This document shows positions 53,197 to 62,111 of a stretch of DNA of 64,000 bases, piece by piece; positions within the stretch are counted from its first letter, which is position 1, and every line of letters begins with the position of its first letter. The notes beneath the pieces are model-generated. The model was not told where the DNA came from. It did no database searches and worked only from the letters and a program-made list of their open reading frames with translations. The DNA lies in assembly GCA_016294165.1 (NCBI GenBank), contig JAEDCM010000003.1, forward strand, positions 15,703-79,702, given 5' to 3'. Made by a program: the position numbers and the translations under genes. This stretch comes from Anaeroplasmataceae bacterium (lineage in GTDB: Bacteria; Bacillota_I; Bacilli_A; Acholeplasmatales; JAEDCM01).

Positions 53197-55188
53197 ATGT
53201 TTATTTCAAAAATTGAATTAAATAGTAAAATAGGAATCACACCGAAGACTAAAGAGATTTTAAACCAAGAGGGTATAATCTCTATTTTTGACTTAATTAC
53301 CCTTTATCCTAAAAGATATTTAAATTTTAGTATCAGTGAATTAACTGAAGGACCAGTTTTAGTTAAAGGTGTTATTCAAGGTGATGTCAAGGCTGTTAGG
53401 TTTAGAAATAACCTTAACATGCTAAGCTTTGAATGCTTTATCAATGATAGAATTGTTAAGATTGTAATTTTTAATCGTCTTTTTTTAAAGAATCGATTAG
53501 TTAATAATAAAACGATATATATAAGTGGAAAATATGAAAGAAAAAAAGAAACGATTACGGCATCAGATATTTATTTTAAGCTTGATGAGGGAAAAATTAC
53601 ACCGGTTTATAAAAGTAAAGCTGATCAAAAGGTAATTCATGAGGCTATTACGGCATCGCTTTTAAGATATAAGGATTATATCAATGATGAGGTTCCTGAA
53701 TATTTATTAAGCAGGTATAGATTATTAGATTTTTATACATGTTTAATGATGATTCATAATCCTTCATCACTTGATGATGTGAAGGAAGCTCTTAGAAGGC
53801 TTAAATTTGAAGAATTTTTCCGTTTTCAATTAAAACTAGCTTACTCTAGATTAGATAATGAAAGCACGCTAAAAGCCCCTAAAATCATTGATATGGCACG
53901 TGTGCGAAAGTTTATAAGCACTATTCCTTTTGAATTAACGGATGATCAAAAGGAAGTAGTAAACGATATATATCGTGATATGAAATCGCCCAAGGCAGCA
54001 AATAGGTTGGTTCAAGGTGATGTAGGTAGTGGTAAAACAATTGTTGCTGCAATATCATTATATGCAGTTGCGATAAATAGGTGTCAAAGCTGCTTGATGG
54101 CTCCAACCGAAATTTTAGCAAGACAGCACTATAAAAATCTGATGGATATTTTTAAAGATGAAGATATCCGAATTGAACTTTTAACAAGCTCAATATCAAA
54201 AGTAAAAAGAAGAGAGCTATTAGAAAGATTATCTAATGGAGATATTGATATATTAATTGGTACGCATGCGGTTATAAGTGATGATGTTATATTTAAAAAT
54301 CTAGAATTAGTTATTACTGATGAGCAACACCGTTTTGGGGTTAATCAGCGACAAATATTAAGAAAAAAGGGTAATAATCCGGATGTAATATATTTAACTG
54401 CAACTCCAATTCCAAGAACGCTTGCTATTGGTTTATTTGCTGATTTGGATATATCTAGTATTAGGACAATGCCTAAGGGAAGAAGTCCGATTAAGACAAA
54501 GGTGATTAATAATGAAAATCTCAAACCGGTTTTTAATTTTATAAATGATGAAATCAAACACGGCCATCAGGCATATATCATTGCACCACTTATCACGGAA
54601 TCTGATAAAATTGATCTTCATGATGTTAATAATGTATATGAGATGGTTAAAGAGCATTTTGATTGTAATATTGGTTTGATGCATGGAAAGCTTAAGGATA
54701 ATGAGAAGGATGCAATCATGCAATCATTTGTGAATAATGAAATACAAATTTTAGTATCAACAACAGTAATTGAAGTTGGAATTGATAATAAAAATGCTAG
54801 TGTTATTTTAATACTAGATGCCGAAAGATTTGGATTGTCACAATTGCACCAATTAAGAGGGCGCGTTGGTCGAGGAAATATCAAGTCATATTGTTTCCTA
54901 TCATCAACATATGAAGAAATTGAAAGACTTAAAATCATGGAGGAGACCACTGATGGATTTAGATTGTCAGAGGAGGATTTAAGACTTCGTGGACCTGGAG
55001 ATTTCTTTGGAAATAAGCAATCAGGAATGCCAGAATTTAAGTTAGTGGATATCGTCAAGGATTATAAAATTTTAGAGGTGGCAAAAAAAGAGGCAACCTA
55101 CATAATAAATAATAATTTGCTAAAAAAATATAAATATTTATATGAATATATAAAAAATGAATTTGATAATTCTAGTATATTGGATTAG
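53197..55188 (+). CDS. recG: ATP-dependent DNA helicase RecG
   Basis: 663 aa, wedge domain N-terminus, SF2 motifs (GDVGSGKT, DEQHRFG, QLRGRVGRG). Confidence 0.93.
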   Translation: MFISKIELNSKIGITPKTKEILNQEGIISIFDLITLYPKRYLNFSISELTEGPVLVKGVIQGDVKAVRFRNNLNMLSFECFINDRIVKIVIFNRLFLKNRLVNNKTIYISGKYERKKETITASDIYFKLDEGKITPVYKSKADQKVIHEAITASLLRYKDYINDEVPEYLLSRYRLLDFYTCLMMIHNPSSLDDVKEALRRLKFEEFFRFQLKLAYSRLDNESTLKAPKIIDMARVRKFISTIPFELTDDQKEVVNDIYRDMKSPKAANRLVQGDVGSGKTIVAAISLYAVAINRCQSCLMAPTEILARQHYKNLMDIFKDEDIRIELLTSSISKVKRRELLERLSNGDIDILIGTHAVISDDVIFKNLELVITDEQHRFGVNQRQILRKKGNNPDVIYLTATPIPRTLAIGLFADLDISSIRTMPKGRSPIKTKVINNENLKPVFNFINDEIKHGHQAYIIAPLITESDKIDLHDVNNVYEMVKEHFDCNIGLMHGKLKDNEKDAIMQSFVNNEIQILVSTTVIEVGIDNKNASVILILDAERFGLSQLHQLRGRVGRGNIKSYCFLSSTYEEIERLKIMEETTDGFRLSEEDLRLRGPGDFFGNKQSGMPEFKLVDIVKDYKILEVAKKEATYIINNNLLKKYKYLYEYIKNEFDNSSILD

Positions 55189-55220
55189 TTTGTGTTAAAA
55201 TACAAAAAGAGGTGGATAAA

Positions 55221-56219
55221 ATGATGAAAATTGGCGTTGATGCAATGGGTGGAGATTTCGCTCCAAAAATTACAGTTTTAGGTGCGATGGCTGCCATAAA
55301 AAAATTTGATGACATCGAAATCGTTCTTTATGGTAAAGAAGAGGAAATAAAAAAATATTTAACTGATGATACAAGAATTACAATTAAAAATTGTAATGAA
55401 GTTATTTCAATGGGAGAAAAGGATCCAGTAAAAATTGTAAGAAGTAACCTAGATTATTCTTTAGTTGAGGCATTAAAGGATGGAAAGGATTTAAAGGTTG
55501 ATGCAGTTGTATCAAGTGGTCCAACTCAAGCTGTTGTTGCAATCTCTCGTTTAATTGTTAAACCGATGAAAGGAATGAGACGTGTTGCTTTAGGACCAGT
55601 TATTCCATCTTTAGATGGTAAGGGGAAATTCCTTTTAGATGCTGGGGCTAATGTTGAATTAAATGCGGAAAACATTGATCAATTAGCTTACTTTGCGACA
55701 GTTGTTGCAGAAAATGCACTAGGATGGAAGAACCCAAAGGTTGGTTTAGTTAATATCGGTGAGGAACCTGGAAAGGGTCGTCAAGTTGATAAAGAAGCTT
55801 ATGAACTTTTAAAAGCTGATAAACGTATTAATTTCTTTGGCAATATTGAGCCAAAGGAAATGCATTTTGTGGATTGTGATATTTTCGTTACTGATGGATT
55901 CAGTGGAAATATTTTAATGAAATCAATGGAAGGTACTGCAAAAATGATGAGTGTGATGCTTAAGGAAGAAATTAAGCGCAATACTCGTGGGAAAATTGGG
56001 TATTTATTTATGAAAAAAAATTTAGACAAATTCAAAAAACGCTTCGATGTAACTGAGGTTGGTGGAGCAATGGTTTGTGGAGTAAATATTCCAATTGTTA
56101 AGGCTCACGGAAATAGTGATGAGTATGCATTTAGTAATGCTATTCGTTTAGCTCGTGGGATGGTAAAAAATGATGTAATAGGAAAAGTTAAAGCAGGATT
56201 AGGTGAGCTAGGTGAATAA
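55221..56219 (+). CDS. plsX: Phosphate acyltransferase PlsX
   Basis: MKIGVDAMGGDFAPK N-terminus; AGAGGTGG RBS before the ATG at 55221 (track start 55212 is GTG). Confidence 0.92.
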   Translation: MMKIGVDAMGGDFAPKITVLGAMAAIKKFDDIEIVLYGKEEEIKKYLTDDTRITIKNCNEVISMGEKDPVKIVRSNLDYSLVEALKDGKDLKVDAVVSSGPTQAVVAISRLIVKPMKGMRRVALGPVIPSLDGKGKFLLDAGANVELNAENIDQLAYFATVVAENALGWKNPKVGLVNIGEEPGKGRQVDKEAYELLKADKRINFFGNIEPKEMHFVDCDIFVTDGFSGNILMKSMEGTAKMMSVMLKEEIKRNTRGKIGYLFMKKNLDKFKKRFDVTEVGGAMVCGVNIPIVKAHGNSDEYAFSNAIRLARGMVKNDVIGKVKAGLGELGE

Positions 56220-56886
56220 TCTAGAAAAATTGTTAGAAATCGAATTTAATAATAAAGAATTACTTAAAACAGCTATGACTCATTCATCTTATGCCAATGA
56301 GCATAATGTCACAAACAATGAACGATTAGAGTTTTTAGGTGATGCGGTTATTGAACTTTTAATGAGTCAATATTTGTATCGTAATTTTGATATGACTGAA
56401 GGTAAAATGACAAAAAAAAGAGCTCAATCTGTTTGTGAAGAAGCCCTAGTTCAATATGCACAAGAAATTGATTTGCCTAAGTATTTATTGCTAGGGCATG
56501 GTGAAGAACAAAGCGAAGGAAGAAAAAGAAAAGCAATTATTGCGGATGCTTTTGAGGCCTTATTTGGGGCAATATATTTAGACCAAGGCTTTGAAAAGAG
56601 CTTAGAGGTTTTTAACAAAATTGTTGTTCCGTATATTGATTTAACGGAGATTATTAAGGATTATAAATCAACATTACAAGAGTGCGTACAATCATTTAAA
56701 AAATCGTTGTCATATTCTGTTTTGAGTGAAGAGGGACCAGCCCACAATAAAAAATTCGTTGTTGCAGTTTCAATGGAGGATGTTGTTTTGGGTAAGGGGT
56801 CTGGAAAGACTAAAAAAGAGGCTGAACAAATGGCCGCTAAGAAAGCTCTAGAAAAGGGAGTTTTTGAACAAAATGAAACTTATTGA
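56212..56886 (+). CDS. rnc: Ribonuclease III
   Basis: ERLEFLGDAV RNase III signature and C-terminal dsRBD; overlaps the plsX stop. Confidence 0.93.
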   Translation: MNNLEKLLEIEFNNKELLKTAMTHSSYANEHNVTNNERLEFLGDAVIELLMSQYLYRNFDMTEGKMTKKRAQSVCEEALVQYAQEIDLPKYLLLGHGEEQSEGRKRKAIIADAFEALFGAIYLDQGFEKSLEVFNKIVVPYIDLTEIIKDYKSTLQECVQSFKKSLSYSVLSEEGPAHNKKFVVAVSMEDVVLGKGSGKTKKEAEQMAAKKALEKGVFEQNETY

Positions 56887-57424
56887 GAAAACATTAAAAT
56901 CAAATATTATTTATGAGGGTAAGGTCATTACAGTTAACTGTGATGACGTTATTTTACCTAATGATAATATCGCTAAGCGTGAAATTGTTCATCATCGCGG
57001 TGGAGTTGCTGTTTTAGCAATTGAGGATGGACATGCATATATGATTAGGCAATTTAGATATGCTTATAGAAAAGAATTATTAGAAATTCCTGCTGGGAAA
57101 TTAGAAAAAGGTGAAGAGCCTTATAGTGCTGCTTTACGAGAATTAGAAGAAGAGGTTGGGCTTAAGGCCTCAAAATTGATTTCCTTAGGACAAATATATC
57201 CGACAGTAGGATATTGTGATGAGATAATTTATCTTTATTTGGCCTTAGATTTTACAAAGAGTCAAGCATCCTTAGATGAAGATGAATTTTTAAACGCTTT
57301 TAAGATGAAATTAGAAGACTTATATCAAATGATAAGCGATAATAAGATAAGTGATGCAAAAACCATTATTAGTCTATTAAAATATAAAGGAGGGGATTAC
57401 GATGATAAAAAAGCTAATAAATAA
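56864..57424 (+). CDS. NUDIX hydrolase (ADP-ribose pyrophosphatase-like)
   Basis: Nudix box GKLEKGEEPYSAALRELEEEVG. Confidence 0.85.
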   Translation: MNKMKLIEKTLKSNIIYEGKVITVNCDDVILPNDNIAKREIVHHRGGVAVLAIEDGHAYMIRQFRYAYRKELLEIPAGKLEKGEEPYSAALRELEEEVGLKASKLISLGQIYPTVGYCDEIIYLYLALDFTKSQASLDEDEFLNAFKMKLEDLYQMISDNKISDAKTIISLLKYKGGDYDDKKANK

Positions 57425-58022
57425 TCAAATTATTGATTTTAATAAAATACTATTTCAAAATTATGTTGATCTAGGATTAAACGAGGCAGAATTTGTGATG
57501 CTTTTACATCTTTTCTCTTTATATGAAAAAAAGAAAACAGTCTTGTCATTTAATGGGTTGAAATCCAAAATGACTTTATCCTCAAATGAACTATCAAATA
57601 CTTTAACATCATTAATTAACAAAGGATTTTTGGATATTAATAGCGAAATATCAAAAACTGGTAAGGAACAGGAATGCTTTGATCTTACGCCAACATTTAC
57701 TTTAATTGAAAAGCTGTTTTATGATGAACAAGAAGAATTGGAAAATAGAGTTAAAATGGAGGATTCTTCAAAGATTGTTTCGGTGTTTGAAAGAGAATGG
57801 GGTAGAAGCTTATCTCCATTAGAATTAAATGTAGTTTCAAGCTTGTCTAAGGAATATAGCTTTGATGAGATTTATAGTGCGGCATTAGAATCAGTAAAAG
57901 CTTCAAAGGTTAATTTGAAATATATTGAAGCTATTTTGAGAAACAATAAAGGAGAAAGTAAAGAAATCAATCCGGATAAAGCCAAGGCAATTGATGATTT
58001 CTTTAGTAAAATTGCCCGATGA
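57402..58022 (+). CDS. dnaD: DnaD-domain replication initiation/membrane attachment protein
   Basis: C-terminal DnaD/DnaB-2 domain (FEREWGRSLSPLELNVV...YIEAILRN); located next to nth as in the Bacillus dnaD-nth locus. Confidence 0.7.
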   Translation: MIKKLINNQIIDFNKILFQNYVDLGLNEAEFVMLLHLFSLYEKKKTVLSFNGLKSKMTLSSNELSNTLTSLINKGFLDINSEISKTGKEQECFDLTPTFTLIEKLFYDEQEELENRVKMEDSSKIVSVFEREWGRSLSPLELNVVSSLSKEYSFDEIYSAALESVKASKVNLKYIEAILRNNKGESKEINPDKAKAIDDFFSKIAR

Positions 58023-58618
58023 TTTTAGAAAACCTAGATAAAATGTTTCCTGATGCGGATTGTGAATTAGATTATAGTAATCCTTTTGAACTATTAATTG
58101 CTGTTGTTTTAAGTGCTCAAACAACTGATAAGGGAGTTAATAAGGTGACTCCGCTATTATTTAGTAAATATGGTACACCAGAAAAAATGATGAATGCCAA
58201 TCTAGAGGATATTGAAAATATTATTAGACCTTTAGGCTTATATAAAAACAAGGCTAAAAATATTATTAATTTATCTAAAGATTTAGTATTAAAATTTGAT
58301 GGTAATGTTCCAAATAATAGAATTGATTTAGAATCCTTGAGTGGAGTTGGTAGAAAGACATGCAATGTTATTTTAGCAACGATTTTTAACGTGCCAGCTA
58401 TTGCGGTAGACACTCATGTCTCAAGAGTTGCTAAAAGGTTAAAATTAGCAGATCAAGATGATGATGTTTTGGAAATTGAAAAAAAACTTATGGCCATAAT
58501 TCCCAAAGAAAAATGGGCTAAGTTTCATCATCAAATGATTTTTCTAGGTCGATATATTTGCCATAGTAAAAATCCTTCTTGTAATAAATGTTTATTTAAC
58601 GGTTATTGTCGTCAATAA
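58019..58618 (+). CDS. nth: Endonuclease III (DNA-(apurinic or apyrimidinic site) lyase)
   Basis: HhH-GPD motif and C-terminal 4Fe-4S Cys cluster CHSKNPSCNKCLFNGYC. Confidence 0.93.
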   Translation: MILENLDKMFPDADCELDYSNPFELLIAVVLSAQTTDKGVNKVTPLLFSKYGTPEKMMNANLEDIENIIRPLGLYKNKAKNIINLSKDLVLKFDGNVPNNRIDLESLSGVGRKTCNVILATIFNVPAIAVDTHVSRVAKRLKLADQDDDVLEIEKKLMAIIPKEKWAKFHHQMIFLGRYICHSKNPSCNKCLFNGYCRQ

Positions 58619-58669
58619 TCGTTTATTTTTTTATATTATTAGGATTAAAATAGATAAGGGTGATAAGTA

Positions 58670-58834
58670 ATGAAGGTTAAGGTTATTGATTCGGAACACG
58701 AAAGTGATTTAGAAGAGGAAATTAATAAATTTATTGTAGATAAGAAGGTAATTGATATAAAGTATCAATTGAGCCATTTTTTTGATGGAAGGGATCAAAT
58801 ATATTCGTTTTCCGCCATGATAATTTATGAATAA
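58670..58834 (+). CDS. Cse60/YteV-like small protein (54 aa) - ORF absent from the supplied track
   Basis: ATG at 58670 with AAGGGTGA RBS; product MKVKVIDSEHESDLEEEINKFIVDKKVIDIKYQLSHFFDGRDQIYSFSAMIIYE resembles, from memory, the Bacillus Cse60 sporulation-protein family pattern (KVxxFDxEHExDLE...IDIKY...QIYSFSAMI). Confidence 0.5.
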   Translation: MKVKVIDSEHESDLEEEINKFIVDKKVIDIKYQLSHFFDGRDQIYSFSAMIIYE

Positions 58835-58891
58835 TTGCTATCTTTGGTCGGTTGAATGTTTGAACATTATTTATTATGATTTACTTAGGTG

Positions 58892-60073
58892 ATGATAATG
58901 ATTAATGAACTATATAAAGCATTTAAAAGAAATAGAAAAAATAATTCCCATATTGGATATTTAATAAAAAAGGCACGAAAGGAAAATGGATTTACGCTTG
59001 CGGATGCGAGTGATAATATTTGTTGTGTTAGCTATTTATCAAAAATCGAAAACGGAAACATCAATGTTGCGCCAAAAATATTAGAAGAGATTAAATATCG
59101 TTTAAATGTATCCGAAAAATATTTTAAAACTGATGAGGAATATAAAAATATTATTTTAGATTTGATTAAGGGGATGTGCCTTAGCGATGAAAAAAAGGTT
59201 AATCATTGCTTTTCTTTAGTGGATAATAAGGATGAGGTGTTTTATGCCGATATTATCAGAATGGGGCATTCTTTATATTTCAAACAAATTAAAAAGGCTT
59301 ATCATTATTTAGAACAAATTATGATGTATAAGGATGAATTTTTTGATTTTGAATTAATAGTTGTTTCACTATTTATGGCTATTTTATATAGTTTAGAATA
59401 CAAACATGAATTAGCTTTAAGCTGTTTAGATATGACTAATGAGTTTAATATTAAGAATACCTATATTAAAGAGATCGTTTATGAAATGAAAGCAAATATT
59501 TATTTACATAAAGGGGATATTAGTACAGTTATGTCTATTTTAGATGAATACCATGATTATGCTTCAGGAAGCTTAAATTTTAAATTAATAAAGGGTATTT
59601 GTTTAAAAAAAATAGTGGCTATATCAATAGATAATAGTAATAAAGCATATGAATTGTTAGAAAAGCTATTTTTAAACAAAAAGGAAAAAAGCAAATATCG
59701 AGCCATTTTAAATATCATAACAAATCGTTATGAGGATATTAATATCATGGATGATGAGCTAAATAAAGTATATCAGTTATATATGGGAAATTTATGTATG
59801 GATTATGATAAAATTGTTAACAACATCGATCATAAATTTGATAATCCCGATTATGAATTGTTTCGTAATTCAATAATTATAAAGTATAATAATAGGAAGG
59901 AATATTCATCATTCATAAGGGAACATTGCCTCAACCGAGCAATTGAAGAAAAAAATATTTTTTCTATTAAATACTATGCTAGAGAGTTAGTGGATGAACT
60001 AGCATCCAATGCGAAATACAAGGATATATATGAGCTATTAAAGAAAATAGATCTAAAAATAAGTATTAAATAG
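58892..60073 (+). CDS. XRE-HTH plus TPR-like Rgg/RNPP-family transcriptional regulator
   Basis: N-terminal HTH_3 (IGYLIKKARKENGFTLADASDNICCVSYLSKIENG) followed by about 300-aa helical repeat region typical of peptide-binding RNPP/Rgg regulators. Confidence 0.65.
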   Translation: MIMINELYKAFKRNRKNNSHIGYLIKKARKENGFTLADASDNICCVSYLSKIENGNINVAPKILEEIKYRLNVSEKYFKTDEEYKNIILDLIKGMCLSDEKKVNHCFSLVDNKDEVFYADIIRMGHSLYFKQIKKAYHYLEQIMMYKDEFFDFELIVVSLFMAILYSLEYKHELALSCLDMTNEFNIKNTYIKEIVYEMKANIYLHKGDISTVMSILDEYHDYASGSLNFKLIKGICLKKIVAISIDNSNKAYELLEKLFLNKKEKSKYRAILNIITNRYEDINIMDDELNKVYQLYMGNLCMDYDKIVNNIDHKFDNPDYELFRNSIIIKYNNRKEYSSFIREHCLNRAIEEKNIFSIKYYARELVDELASNAKYKDIYELLKKIDLKISIK

Positions 60074-60100
60074 TGTTTTATGACACTATTTTTTAATTTA
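60072..60100 (+). terminator. Intrinsic terminator after the regulator gene
   Basis: atagtgt/acactat hairpin plus a T6 run. Confidence 0.65.
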
Positions 60101-60149
60101 ACTATTTACATTTTATACCAATAGTTTTAGAATAAAGAAGGAAGGAAGA

Positions 60150-60227
60150 TGATACTAATGAGCAAATCAAAGATTTTAATTGTTAATACTATGCATATGT
60201 ATTGTCTTTTACTATGCACTAATTAGT
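60150..60227 (+). CDS. Candidate short hydrophobic peptide (25 aa, MILMSKSKILIVNTMHMYCLLLCTN) - possible signalling-peptide precursor
   Basis: AAGGAAGGAAG RBS immediately upstream; lies between the Rgg-like regulator and the ABC exporter pair; not in the ORF track (too short). Confidence 0.25.
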
Positions 60228-60296
60228 GTGGTTTTTATTTTAGAGAGAATTAATATAAAGCCATTAATGGCTTATTTTTTTTAGGAGTAGATAGTA

Positions 60297-62111
60297 ATGA
60301 GAGTAAAAAAATTAATTAAGTGGGGGAAAAAGTATTGGTATTTAATATTTACTGTATTTTTCTTAACCGCGACGCTTCAATTGTTATATTCATATCTTCC
60401 AATTTTTATTCAATATGGAATAAATGTTTTAAGTAATGAAGATGTTAGTAATGTAAATTTCCCTAAACCATATTTGGAGTTTTTAGCTAAACAAACAGAT
60501 ACTATAACAATCATCATTATTCTTGGTGTTTCAATGATTAGCTTACAATTAGTAAGATCATTTATGCGTTTTACCGATAGTTATTTAAAAGGAAGAATTA
60601 CCGAAAACATATCAAAGGATATGCGATTAGAGTTATATGATCATATCACTGATTTATCATATACTTATCACAATAATGTGGATACTGGTGATTTAATTCA
60701 AAGATGTACATCAGATATTGATACATCATGTGGGTTTATTAGTAATCGATTTCCTGAAATCGTTAATATCATCGCAACGGTTTTAAGTGGTGCTTATCAG
60801 GTTGGTAGAATTAATTTTACCTTGATGCTTATAAGCTTAATAATTATGCCGATTACTATTATTTCTTCCATCATTTATTTCCGCTATGTTAATCGTAAAT
60901 TTCAAGAAATTGAAGAGGCTGAATCACAGATGATGACAGTTATTCAAGAGAATTTAGCAGGTGCTCGTGTTGTTCGTGCTTTTGCGAATGAGCAATATGA
61001 AATAGAAAAACTTGAAGAAAAGAATTCCGATTATTCAAAGAAAAATGGTAGATTCAATACTATGATGGCTATCTATTGGGGATCATCTGATTTTCTAGTT
61101 TTTGCGCAATATTCTTTAACGATGCTAGTGGGAGTTTACTTTGCTCAAAAGGGAATTATTCAAACTGCCGATTTGATAGCATGTCTAATGCTTATGGGAA
61201 TGCTTATTTGGCCATTTAGAGGCCTTGGAAGAATTATTGCGGATTTTGGTATTACATTAGTTGCTATTGATCGTATTGAAGAGGTTTTAGATATTAAGAG
61301 TGAATTTACGGAAGATAACCTAACAAAGCCAAAAATCAGTGGTGAGATTGAGTTTAAAAATGTTGGATTTAAGTTCAGTGATGATAACAAACCAGTCTTA
61401 AAAGATATCAATTTTAAGATTAAAAAGGGAGAAATGATTGCTTTTGTTGGAAAAACTGGTAGTGGTAAATCGACAATTGTAAATCTAATAACTCGATTAT
61501 TAGAAAATACTGAGGGACAAATTCTTATTGATGGAGTAGATTTAAAATCAATTGATAAAAGGCATATAAGAAGAAATGTTGGAATGGTTTTACAGGATCC
61601 GTTCTTATTCTCTAAAACTGTTTATGAGAATATTGCAATTGCTAATCGTCATGCATCAGATGAGGAAATTTATGAGGCTGCTAGATTAGCATGTATTGAT
61701 GAAGATATTAAGGGATTTGAAAAAGGGTATGACACTATTGTTGGTGAAAAGGGAACTACTTTATCGGGAGGTCAAAAGCAAAGAATAGCGATTGCACGTA
61801 TTTTAGTTAACAAGCGTCCAATTGTAATTTTTGATGATTCATTGAGTGCAGTAGATACCAAAACGGATTTATCAATTAGAACTTCGTTAAAAAATGCTCA
61901 AAGTGATATGACAATGATCATTATTACTCACCGAACTACAACCGCAAAGGAAGCAGATCGTATTATTGTTTTAGAGGATGGAATGATTAGTGAAATTGGA
62001 ACTCATGAAGAACTATCACATAAGGAAGGTTTATATAAGGACTTATGGGATGTTCAAGGCCGTCTTGAGGAAAAATTTATGGAGCTAATAGGAGGTGAAA
62101 AGCATGAGTAG
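60297..62111 (+). CDS. ABC transporter permease/ATP-binding protein (type I exporter half-transporter, subunit 1)
   Basis: 6-TM N-terminal domain plus NBD (GKTGSGKST, LSGGQKQR, IVIFDDSLS with degenerate Walker B, consistent with a heterodimeric exporter). Confidence 0.85.
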   Translation: MRVKKLIKWGKKYWYLIFTVFFLTATLQLLYSYLPIFIQYGINVLSNEDVSNVNFPKPYLEFLAKQTDTITIIIILGVSMISLQLVRSFMRFTDSYLKGRITENISKDMRLELYDHITDLSYTYHNNVDTGDLIQRCTSDIDTSCGFISNRFPEIVNIIATVLSGAYQVGRINFTLMLISLIIMPITIISSIIYFRYVNRKFQEIEEAESQMMTVIQENLAGARVVRAFANEQYEIEKLEEKNSDYSKKNGRFNTMMAIYWGSSDFLVFAQYSLTMLVGVYFAQKGIIQTADLIACLMLMGMLIWPFRGLGRIIADFGITLVAIDRIEEVLDIKSEFTEDNLTKPKISGEIEFKNVGFKFSDDNKPVLKDINFKIKKGEMIAFVGKTGSGKSTIVNLITRLLENTEGQILIDGVDLKSIDKRHIRRNVGMVLQDPFLFSKTVYENIAIANRHASDEEIYEAARLACIDEDIKGFEKGYDTIVGEKGTTLSGGQKQRIAIARILVNKRPIVIFDDSLSAVDTKTDLSIRTSLKNAQSDMTMIIITHRTTTAKEADRIIVLEDGMISEIGTHEELSHKEGLYKDLWDVQGRLEEKFMELIGGEKHE

